A stretch of DNA of 64,000 nt. Source: Candidatus Omnitrophota bacterium (GTDB lineage Bacteria > Omnitrophota > Omnitrophia > Omnitrophales > JACQQS01). Shown in pieces: positions 45,501 through 53,121 of the stretch (its first letter is position 1; each line of letters begins with the position of its first letter). Made by a program: the position numbers and the translations under genes. Where the stretch lies: the NCBI GenBank assembly GCA_016206925.1, contig JACQQS010000037.1, positions 838-64,837 of the forward strand, given 5' to 3'. The notes beneath the pieces were generated by a model, which was not told where the DNA came from, searched no databases, and saw nothing but the letters and a program-made list of their open reading frames with translations.

Positions 45501-48500
45501 ATCCTGCCAAAGATAGGGATGCGCCCGCCAAAGTTAACGCCATCCGCACCATTTTCCGGAAGTATTTTTCTTATGCGCTCATAAAATTTAGGAAAAGCGA
45601 GAACGAGACTTGGGGCGAGAAAGCCCGTGACACTTTAGGCCGCCAAGACCGGATTCGCTGTGATTGTGATGTGCTTGCGACATATCTTTTTCTATTTGCC
45701 CGATACCTGGATCTTCCGGCCAATGTACTGATCGGATTACTCAATAACGATCAAAATATATTCTTAACGATTAACGAGGGCCATGCAGCCAACATGGTGG
45801 CCATTCAAGTGGAGGGAGAAACCATTTGGTTTTCCTGGGACGTTACAGCGGATACGGCGCTCGATGAAGAAGAAAAAGTTCGGCGTGAACAACTTGCCAA
45901 ACTCCGAGCCGAGGAAAAAACTACTTCAATGTCCCGGGCAGCCGTTGCGCGATCTGTGGCGCAGGATATCGGCTTCCTGACCGCGACTCTGCGACAGAGG
46001 ACAGGTGGCAGCCAGGACGGCCGTCCCTTGACACCTCTTGAGAAGGTCGTGCTGTACGACATTTATGGTCTTGAGTTGTTTAGTGAGGATAAACGGGTTC
46101 TCGGGGAAAGTTCGCTTGAAGAGCGCCTGGCTGCGCTCGACCGCTGGGTAACCGGGTGGCCGAACAGCAGAACCAAAGATGAAGCGCGCCGCGACGCAAG
46201 CCGGCTCATCGAGGCGCTGAATCGAACATTGGACACCGAGGATGGCGAACTTCCCGGCAGCTTGGCGCTTTCCAGAGAAGCTTGGCTGCATGCGATGCAT
46301 ATCTTGCACGAGATGGCTCGCTTAAGCTATCCAAATTTTTACTTGGAGTATGACGCTGCATGGCGTTCCTTGTTAACTCAACTGGTCGATCATTATTTCC
46401 GCGCAATTTATCCGGGAATCGATCGTGACAGGGACAGGGAAAGGGAGGGAGAAATGGCGGAACTCTCCGAATTTTTCTCCAAATCTGCTATTTGGGGGAT
46501 TGTCCCTCTCCGTGATTATGTCGATCTTCTCATCTTCGAACGCATCTTAAGAACACACGGTAAACTCGTGCCCCAAGACATACCCTTTCTGGATGCTCTC
46601 TTGTCTCGATCGAATCAAACATTGGATGTTTTGGAGCGGGCGATTCTTGCCATGGCCCAGCATGAAAGCTTGACATCGGAAGAGCTGACTTTCTTGGGAC
46701 GGGCGGAACAGCTTTATGTCGAACTGCTGGATCACATTGAATACTGGGACCGCGGAGACCGCTACCATCAGTTCAAAGAAAAAGTTAAGGCCGCGGGAAT
46801 GGAAGAAGCGTTTAAGCCTATCCGGGAAGCGCGTGAGGAGAAAATGAAAGGGTGGGAAGAAAGTGACAGACGTTGGAAAGAGAAGTCGGAGCAGAAAAAC
46901 ACGGAAGAATCCGGCTTTGGTGCCACGTCCCAAAATAAGGAGCCGTTCTCGGGGGGCGGCACGGAAGAGTTGGGAACTTTGCCTGATGTGGTAAGACATG
47001 AGCATGAATTTGGAAAAGGCGGGGGTGAGGCAAGCAAAAGTCAGGAAGGCAGAGTTAGCGGTGTTTTCGCTTCTGAAAGCGGTCAATCAAAAACATTATA
47101 CCAACCGCAAGTATCAGAAGTCCTGCTCCGACTGCTCCGTCCATTTGTTCAACCCTCCTTTTCGTCGCTGCACAGCAACTATCCAAGTATAAATGTTACA
47201 AACATGAATGTCCAGACTGTTATTCTCAACTTCATTTCAAACTGGACAAGAAAGTTGGCTGCAAAGAGACTGGCCAAAATGACTTTGGCACAATCCATAA
47301 GAGTTTTTGCAACAAGATTTCTCTTTCCTTGGCTAAATAAATTCATGGGGTATCTTCCTGTATGGAATTTAATTTCACTATGGCGAGGGAGTGTGAAAAG
47401 ACTAGCAAAATATAATGAAATAGTCAATAGAAATATGATTATAAATAATTACCCCAGCCGGGCCACAACCGCCGGCTTCGGCGCGGCATCCCAAAATGAG
47501 GAGCCGTCCTCGGAGCATAGCGCAGAGGGCGGCGCGAGCAAAGAGGATTCTCGAGAGGCGCCGCTCACTGAACCGGAAGAAAAAGATGGCTTGAGGGTAC
47601 TTGTAGTAGGTGATAGCCCTCTGGTTCGCTCATATGAGTCGGCACTGATCCAACTTAAGGGTGAGAAACATATTTTTATTAGGCGTGCGAATAGCTTATA
47701 CCGGGCTATTTCGTATCTCAATAAGCAGGATACAGAACCTCCAGAGATTGTTATGGTCTCTATGCGCAAGCTATCGGATGAGAGAATTAGTGATAAGTCC
47801 AAAGGGAAATTCTACGAAAGTCTTCCCGGCATTGCTTATCCAAAGATTGTTGTTCCAGATCTTGAGGGTCGAAGAAGGGAATTAACGCCTCAAGGTCTCA
47901 AAACGATTGCGAGAGCGGTAGATCGGGCCTGGGCACTAAAGCACTTTTCGGCAGAGGACTTTCCAAAGCACGCGAGAGAACTGGTTACTCTGCATCCGGA
48001 TGAAGCCGAAGACCTACCTGCGGGTTTTTCACTTGAGGACGTGACACAGTTTTATCTGGCCATCCGTGACGTGATCGGTATAGACACAGTTCATGCGATC
48101 CTTGTGATCAAGCTTGACTCTTTCGACGTCATCCATAAAGCAGACAGCGACTATATCATTGTACCCGTTGGCGAAGGCGAAACAGACACTATTGTGCCTG
48201 TTTACGTAGGTTTTCGCGGCGACGTTTGGTCTTTCTACGACGCCTCGCGCAGGTCCGATCTAGTTAGGACCATGATAGATTCTTTTCGTGTCGCGGCTAA
48301 GGCCGAGGAACTCGCAGGAGATCCGCAGAAAGTGATGTGGCAGGTAGCTTTAAGATTGACACTGCGACGATTTAATCCAGACGGCACTCTTAGGGGTTCC
48401 CCACCCACCGGCTTCGGCGCAAGTGTACAGGGTCAAGCCGCGGCGTTCTTTAACCAGTTAGCAAACACTCCGGTCTTTACAACAGAGAACGACCGATTAT

Positions 48501-51500
48501 TCTTTGCAGGCAAACCGGACGACGAGAATTACGCCGCGTCCGTTTCCTGGCTGCCGCTTACGGATCGTATCCTGGTGCGCTTTAAAGCGCGCGATCAACT
48601 GCCAAAGGATTTTTTTGCGCCTACTGCGCCGGCTGATTACGATTATTATCACTTCGTACTGCCCGAAGATATCACGTGGAAGGAGTTGATTCGGTTCAGG
48701 AATGTATTGGCTAAATTGCCGCAAGGCTCCCAAGGCACCCTTTTCTCACGCTTGAGCAGGCGTTACAAAACAGCGGCTATCTATCTAGCCCGGAATATGG
48801 AAACGCAAAAAGCCTCAGACACCGTTCAGGCCTTCATCTCGTTTCTACATGCCGTAGGCGCATTCCTGGAAGATGCCGGCGAAAACTCCGAGCCGGTCTT
48901 TCTATCCTTAGAAGAAATAAAAGCCAAGCCTCTTACCTCAGTAGAGGAAAAAGAAGCCTCGGGCTGGCTTGGTATCGATCAAGAGAAAATCGGAAACTGG
49001 CAGAAGAAGTTAGATGGCAACGAGGCGCTCGCCCGACGCTTCTTCTCAAAACTCAGCCGCCCGCTGCTCAACTCAGCCATTCAGACAGCGCGCATTGAAA
49101 TAGAAGCTGTTACGTTTCAGCGCGGCTTTCGGTTACTGGCCCAACAGCTTATCGGTGACGAAGGTCGTATCACGATCGATCTAGACCGCCTCAAGAGCAA
49201 TCTCCGAGCCGTGGAAGGAAAAACAAAGGATGACATTGCGCAAATACAAATCGAGACCATTGAAGAAGTACTCAAATCCGTCCGCACGCTTCCGGGCTGG
49301 ATTAAGGAAGGGTACGAGCGTCTTCTCTTTGAATCTTCTCCCACCCATGCTCGAGCTATGGGTGAGCTTAACTGCGTGGGCCGATGCGGTGCTGTGGCCG
49401 AATACCTAACGGATATCGGCATACCGCTTTCACTTGTAGATGTGCAACTGTTTCGGCACAAAGCAGGAGATGGACAGCATGTTCTTTTGCTTGCGTATTT
49501 AGCAAACGGAGCATTTTATTGGGTTGAACCGTCCACACGCCTTCTAACGTTTGATGGTTCCCTCCGGCCCGCAGAATTTGACGATATTCCCAAACTTGAA
49601 GGGCATGTTTTTGAGCTTTCGTACGATACGTATCTTAAACGGTTCAACGTTATGCCGCTGCACGTTGGTCTTCTTGCTTACTTCTACAACAACCTAGGCC
49701 TTCGCTTGCTTGAACAAAAACGATACGATGAAGGCGAGGCTTCTTTACGTAAAGCCATTGAACTAGTCCCCGAACTTTCTTTAGCCCACAATAACTTAGG
49801 CCTTCTCTTGCGTGAACGAAATCGATACGATGAAGCCGAAGCTTCTTTCCGCAAAGCCATTGAATTAAATCCCGACTCCGTCTTAGCCCACAAAAACCTG
49901 GCCAATCTTTTACGTGAACTAAAGCGAAACGATGAAGCCGAATTTCATGAACGCAGAGCCATTGAACTTGATCCAAAGTATGTCCAAGCCAAGAAAAAAC
50001 TAGCTTCTTACCGCGAAGCCGTTGAACTGGATCCCCAATCTGCCTTAGCCCACAGCAATTTAGGCAGTGCTCTGCATATTTTAAGAAATTATGGCGAAGC
50101 GGAAGATCATTTTCGCGAAGCCATTAGATGGGACCCCCGATACGCCGAAGCTTATAAGAACCTGGGTCTTCTCTTGAGTGAACAAGGGCGGCAGAAAGAA
50201 GCCGAAGAGTACATGAACAGGTTCATCGAAATCCAGCGCCGAGCTGCCATAGCTCGCAGCAATCCAGGCATTCCCTTGCCTGACCCAAAACAATACGGCA
50301 ACGCCGAAGCTTCTTACCGTGAAAATGTTGAACGGGATCCCCAATCTGCCGTAGCCCATTTCAACCTCGGCTTTCTCTTGCACTATTTAAAACGATACGC
50401 TGAAGCCGAAGCTTCTTACCGCAAAGCCATTGAATTGGATCCCCAATACGCCGAAGCTTATAAAAATCTGGGCAATCTCTTGACGGAGATAGCACGGTAT
50501 ACTGAAGCGCTGGAGATTTTTACTAGAGCCGCTCAAATTAATAGTCCAACATCGTCCGGCTTCGGCGCGGCATTGAAAATGGATATGAAAACGGTCTCCG
50601 AGGAGCCGGAACTTAAGCTAGAGTTGGCTGTCTCAAGAAGCAGCCACAAGGCTGGTTTTGGTGCGGATGCCGCAGGCAAAATTTCTGAACTGGAAAAGCA
50701 GACTGCTATTGAAGGGTTGATGAACAAGCTGGTCCGGCATGGCTGGATGAAAGGGCCGGTCAAAGATAAATTGAGAATACTTTATAGCCCGGAAGAAGAA
50801 CTTCTTAGCGTGGGTCCCTATAAGATGCTTCAAGAACATTACTTACACGACTTCAAAGTATTGTCCATTCACTTGGACCGGATGTTGAGCGGGCCTGTTC
50901 TAGAGCATATCCTTAAACAAAATCTTCTCAAAGAAACTCCAGCTTTTAAGGTTGTTACAACCTTCAAATCTCTCAGAAAAGACACAGAAGCTGGCTTCGG
51001 TGCGGAGCGCGGTGCATACGACTCTGCGCCCAAGCAGATTCAGATAAAAGGATTGCTGGAACGGCTGGAAAAGATAAGGGAAACGGTAGAAAAGCACCCG
51101 ACGCTTCCAAACGAGCGTTGGAAGGAGCTGCTTACCAAACTTGACCAAGTCTGGCCGCTGCTCAGGACGGAGAATTATTTTGAAGCGGCCGAGCAGCTAA
51201 GAAAACTTGTTCATGACCCCGTTGTAATTCATGATCAAGAGAGATATCTTTCCCGAAGTTCTATTCGATGGCTTGCCAATGCTATTGAGCGCGCGTCTGT
51301 TCCCGAAGAATTGCTTCAGTGGTTTCGTGAAAGTCACCGAAGACAGCCGGATAAAAATGGAGATCGGTACGAGGTGCTTGATGCGCTGGTAAAGAAAGTG
51401 TACGGCGTAGAGCTTGGCGAGGTGATGAGGAAGATTAAATTTGCGGATGCTGATGAAATAAAGCAGACGCCAAACCAGCCTATTTTTGTCGAAGCCATTT

Positions 51501-52846
51501 TGGAATGGCGAAACAAGAAACAGTTCGACTTAATTTTTTACCGTTACGCAAACATCTATCCAGTTGCAAAATGGCCCGCCGGCAAAATCCCCATGTTAAG
51601 CATTCCGTTCGGAATGTCTCGACACTTTGGCCCAGCGGCTTGGACCCTTTTCATTAATCATTTCGCTAGAAAAGTTTCTGCCGCAAGGGATCACCACGAT
51701 CATCGCACCTCCGGCTTCGGCGCGGCCTTAGCATCGTTTGAGCAAACGGAATGGATTTACGACGGGAATATTTCGGTAGAGGACAGAGAGGCCCTGTTTG
51801 ACATTATTGAGCAGCGCGGTCTGTCGCTGCATTTTAAGTTGATGGATGACTACATTCCCGGATGGATACGAAGCGCAGTGGTGAAGCGGCAGAATACTGC
51901 TGTGGGCGGCTTTTTCTTTGAAATGGAAGACTCAACAAGGATTTCCAAAGATGGTAGACCGGGGCTAGCCTACGTTTATGGGTACGTCGCGGTGAACAAT
52001 TATGTTGAGGGTCAGGGACTTGGCGGACGCCTTGTCGACGAACAGATTCGTCTTATGAAAGAGGATCGGCGCAAGTTTGATACGGCCATTGTTTTTCACG
52101 TAACACAAAGCGCGGTTAATTTACGGCTCAAGCGAGGCGGAAAAATTGTGGAAGAATCTAAAGGACCCTCTGGGAATAAACTCTACAACATACGCATCAC
52201 TCTTACGAGCCAATCGCATGAAACGAATAACGAAATAGCCGGCTTCGGCGCTGAGGAAGCGGTTGGAATAATGCGAACCGGTTCCCGGTCCGGCTTTGGC
52301 GTGGCGGAAAGCGTTACGAATCATAAGCTGTATACAGAAATAGATATTGCGATGGTAGATCATGTACGATCGGATGTTGTTTTCTCAATGGATGCCAAGA
52401 CAATTCAAAATCTTTCGCCGGAGAAATGGACGGAGCTTTTAGCGCTTAAGGCGCTTAATCAAGAGAAGCTTCATATTTTGATCCGCTACGATCGGATTGA
52501 AGAGCTGGCGGCGCCGCGCGTGGAAGAGCTTCGGAATGATTTCAAGAATGTGCGCGTTGGAGTTTGGAGTAATCGATTGCCTCAAAACGCGCCGGTGTTT
52601 TATTTCTCCGATCCGACTGAAGGAATTCATCCGAGCAAACGGCTTGATCCGCAACTCGCGCGCCGCATTAACGGAAGGTATTTTGGTTTGCTGTTTGGCG
52701 TAGCTCTGCTTTACGAATTTCACGAAGAAAAATTGCCCGGCCTTATGAAGATGAACGGCTATTGGAACGATCCCACCGGTTGGTATGCTTCGGAAGTGTT
52801 GAGCCTTCTATTCAACAGTTACGTCGCCGTTGCCCGCGCTGCGTAA
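42587..52846 (+). CDS. Giant modular secreted/membrane protein (3,419 aa) with GFGA-linked modules
   Basis: Uninterrupted 10,260-nt ORF. Signal peptide MTAKKYRTLKRLLAAVLCVTMTATSVPAGSAG, TM at about aa 740-762, two transglutaminase/papain-like C-H-D/E cores, receiver-like segment, TPR array, GNAT-like segment, eleven GFG[AV] linkers. Antisense ORFs are short and low-complexity. Confidence 0.85.
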   Translation: MTAKKYRTLKRLLAAVLCVTMTATSVPAGSAGVVNDAPTTMLPYHDITIAIPAEIGTISERRDRKRSKTIIYIQDAHDSLEAQENIAKLINHLVENYGVKTVFEEGYEGKVPTDDYFSSIKDPKAREKVSYFLLDKLRIGGAEYAHINRKKDFKLIGADNIKLHLENVDWYRKAAEDKTTTEKDLAALHFHIENLAYRYFPEELKEWMKFKEKFDRGELDLVGYLDRARTVFVQKIGAETFQQEYPHIELLRFAGNTDDPEIYEQVKTVKPVALFQEIDRMENEFAMTVIARSAEGATKQSPTSSEIASPPAGARNDVLLKIFDYYKGVALIKRLSNIEINSDEFEAVKDTLVRLKTEPLAHFISDRTKKSVVLSKRWEVHIQNAIEYYETSRKRDDVIKKEFTDFLTNSSEDTAVLVFGGFHKDRIREIFRQTGVSYVIVTPKITELNPKHRDYYKQLMSVGRHSFEVPFSVSTGARPPNSFEINGRDFVLVLNKAISRTPNTDLRNPISMRQLEESLARGFGAAGELSLRGAETFEATQSRVRPEIASPLSGLAMTRAFSGFGAGGEEISSTGSTSNILRTASEIVDELKKQPEWDESAGALNALGKTLWALRGRFDEAARKKIESVLEKLRSRTTPPDSKWRIDPSGRPHPAVAVEAGTYKDREVLTRAIFFKPLAKLIKHVGIDNVKTELVKSHSREVAVILNEVIRVLRKQVLSDSRAPPVEKPARVSRPQVVKTLLIAGAFFSIAVLFVTAFVSLLNRIEPAQYRPLASVQATALPEFPSAEAYQKIAFFTPGEFRSAKPWLKPVLGHSAVTDPAFYARAQNMKVFALEGPLVPGEIFYTSILTWMDENGALHPAQDMEEISQGNATGETVTVRAALENVRQGDQLELLRVVNGTVTDIQYDKTLLRFDEQTGRLVGIRDERPDETSSIAWTIKRYSRNNMYRFSERSVPERELETLPDVFKRILDPAKDRDAPAKVNAIRTIFRKYFSYALIKFRKSENETWGEKARDTLGRQDRIRCDCDVLATYLFLFARYLDLPANVLIGLLNNDQNIFLTINEGHAANMVAIQVEGETIWFSWDVTADTALDEEEKVRREQLAKLRAEEKTTSMSRAAVARSVAQDIGFLTATLRQRTGGSQDGRPLTPLEKVVLYDIYGLELFSEDKRVLGESSLEERLAALDRWVTGWPNSRTKDEARRDASRLIEALNRTLDTEDGELPGSLALSREAWLHAMHILHEMARLSYPNFYLEYDAAWRSLLTQLVDHYFRAIYPGIDRDRDREREGEMAELSEFFSKSAIWGIVPLRDYVDLLIFERILRTHGKLVPQDIPFLDALLSRSNQTLDVLERAILAMAQHESLTSEELTFLGRAEQLYVELLDHIEYWDRGDRYHQFKEKVKAAGMEEAFKPIREAREEKMKGWEESDRRWKEKSEQKNTEESGFGATSQNKEPFSGGGTEELGTLPDVVRHEHEFGKGGGEASKSQEGRVSGVFASESGQSKTLYQPQVSEVLLRLLRPFVQPSFSSLHSNYPSINVTNMNVQTVILNFISNWTRKLAAKRLAKMTLAQSIRVFATRFLFPWLNKFMGYLPVWNLISLWRGSVKRLAKYNEIVNRNMIINNYPSRATTAGFGAASQNEEPSSEHSAEGGASKEDSREAPLTEPEEKDGLRVLVVGDSPLVRSYESALIQLKGEKHIFIRRANSLYRAISYLNKQDTEPPEIVMVSMRKLSDERISDKSKGKFYESLPGIAYPKIVVPDLEGRRRELTPQGLKTIARAVDRAWALKHFSAEDFPKHARELVTLHPDEAEDLPAGFSLEDVTQFYLAIRDVIGIDTVHAILVIKLDSFDVIHKADSDYIIVPVGEGETDTIVPVYVGFRGDVWSFYDASRRSDLVRTMIDSFRVAAKAEELAGDPQKVMWQVALRLTLRRFNPDGTLRGSPPTGFGASVQGQAAAFFNQLANTPVFTTENDRLFFAGKPDDENYAASVSWLPLTDRILVRFKARDQLPKDFFAPTAPADYDYYHFVLPEDITWKELIRFRNVLAKLPQGSQGTLFSRLSRRYKTAAIYLARNMETQKASDTVQAFISFLHAVGAFLEDAGENSEPVFLSLEEIKAKPLTSVEEKEASGWLGIDQEKIGNWQKKLDGNEALARRFFSKLSRPLLNSAIQTARIEIEAVTFQRGFRLLAQQLIGDEGRITIDLDRLKSNLRAVEGKTKDDIAQIQIETIEEVLKSVRTLPGWIKEGYERLLFESSPTHARAMGELNCVGRCGAVAEYLTDIGIPLSLVDVQLFRHKAGDGQHVLLLAYLANGAFYWVEPSTRLLTFDGSLRPAEFDDIPKLEGHVFELSYDTYLKRFNVMPLHVGLLAYFYNNLGLRLLEQKRYDEGEASLRKAIELVPELSLAHNNLGLLLRERNRYDEAEASFRKAIELNPDSVLAHKNLANLLRELKRNDEAEFHERRAIELDPKYVQAKKKLASYREAVELDPQSALAHSNLGSALHILRNYGEAEDHFREAIRWDPRYAEAYKNLGLLLSEQGRQKEAEEYMNRFIEIQRRAAIARSNPGIPLPDPKQYGNAEASYRENVERDPQSAVAHFNLGFLLHYLKRYAEAEASYRKAIELDPQYAEAYKNLGNLLTEIARYTEALEIFTRAAQINSPTSSGFGAALKMDMKTVSEEPELKLELAVSRSSHKAGFGADAAGKISELEKQTAIEGLMNKLVRHGWMKGPVKDKLRILYSPEEELLSVGPYKMLQEHYLHDFKVLSIHLDRMLSGPVLEHILKQNLLKETPAFKVVTTFKSLRKDTEAGFGAERGAYDSAPKQIQIKGLLERLEKIRETVEKHPTLPNERWKELLTKLDQVWPLLRTENYFEAAEQLRKLVHDPVVIHDQERYLSRSSIRWLANAIERASVPEELLQWFRESHRRQPDKNGDRYEVLDALVKKVYGVELGEVMRKIKFADADEIKQTPNQPIFVEAILEWRNKKQFDLIFYRYANIYPVAKWPAGKIPMLSIPFGMSRHFGPAAWTLFINHFARKVSAARDHHDHRTSGFGAALASFEQTEWIYDGNISVEDREALFDIIEQRGLSLHFKLMDDYIPGWIRSAVVKRQNTAVGGFFFEMEDSTRISKDGRPGLAYVYGYVAVNNYVEGQGLGGRLVDEQIRLMKEDRRKFDTAIVFHVTQSAVNLRLKRGGKIVEESKGPSGNKLYNIRITLTSQSHETNNEIAGFGAEEAVGIMRTGSRSGFGVAESVTNHKLYTEIDIAMVDHVRSDVVFSMDAKTIQNLSPEKWTELLALKALNQEKLHILIRYDRIEELAAPRVEELRNDFKNVRVGVWSNRLPQNAPVFYFSDPTEGIHPSKRLDPQLARRINGRYFGLLFGVALLYEFHEEKLPGLMKMNGYWNDPTGWYASEVLSLLFNSYVAVARAA
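43451..43537. mobile_element. MITE-like palindromic element, subfamily B (copy B1, 87 bp) in frame inside the giant ORF
   Basis: GTCATTGCGAGG ... GAAGCAATCTC ... GAGATTGCTTCG ... CTCGCAATGAC. 87 bp = 29 codons, read as VIARSAEGATKQSPTSSEIASPPAGARND. Confidence 0.8.
44173..44259. mobile_element. MITE-like palindromic element, subfamily B (copy B2, 87 bp) in frame inside the giant ORF
   Basis: Same termini and a GCAATCTC/GAGATTGC inner inverted repeat. 87 bp, but entered at codon position 3, read as SLRGAETFEATQSRVRPEIASPLSGLAMT. Confidence 0.8.
49660..50545 (+). repeat. TPR array inside the giant ORF with 102-nt periodicity
   Basis: Units starting 49721, 49823, 49925 (102 nt = 34 aa apart) are alignable at nucleotide level by eye (CGATACGATGAAGCCGAAGCTTCTTTCCGCAAAGCCATTGAA...). 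Consensus peptide Y.EAEASYRKAIELDP..A.AH.NLG.LL. Confidence 0.8.
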
Positions 52847-52875
52847 TATTATTCTAAAGCTGGGCGTCCAGGTTC

Positions 52876-52884
52876 TGGTATAAT
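52876..52884 (+). promoter_or_regulatory. Extended -10 promoter element TGGTATAAT
   Basis: TG at 52876..52877 and TATAAT at 52879..52884, 34 nt upstream of ATG 52918, directly after the giant ORF stop. Confidence 0.45.
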
Positions 52885-52917
52885 GCGCTGCATCCGACTA
52901 GAAAACGAGATTTCCAT

Positions 52918-53121
52918 ATGCTCAAGAATAAAACTAAGTGGAACACTTTCCAGCGAAAACTCCTGAAAAAGGAGCGTTTTTCCTATCGAGAAGCATTGCG
53001 TGTTTATGAAGCACTGCACAAAGAAGCGGTCGCTTTAGGAATCATAAACTCACGGAACCTCTTAGATGGGCTTGAAGTAGACATCAGATTAGCCAAAGCC
53101 TTAAACCGTCTGGCCGCATGA
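52918..53121 (+). CDS. Small helical protein, putative partner (antitoxin-like) of the downstream nucleotidyltransferase
   Basis: 67-aa ORF. The stop overlaps the next start as ATGA (53118..53121). No catalytic motif. Confidence 0.45.
   Translation: MLKNKTKWNTFQRKLLKKERFSYREALRVYEALHKEAVALGIINSRNLLDGLEVDIRLAKALNRLAA

Noticed and set aside
44150-52303. GFGA motifs as a simple DNA repeat (for example a recombination or uptake sequence)
   Set aside because: Copies differ at synonymous third positions while the peptide is invariant, and flanking nucleotides are mostly unrelated. A peptide-level constraint fits better. DNA-level similarity is notable only for the 46913/47474 and 44144/44260 pairs, which are reported separately.
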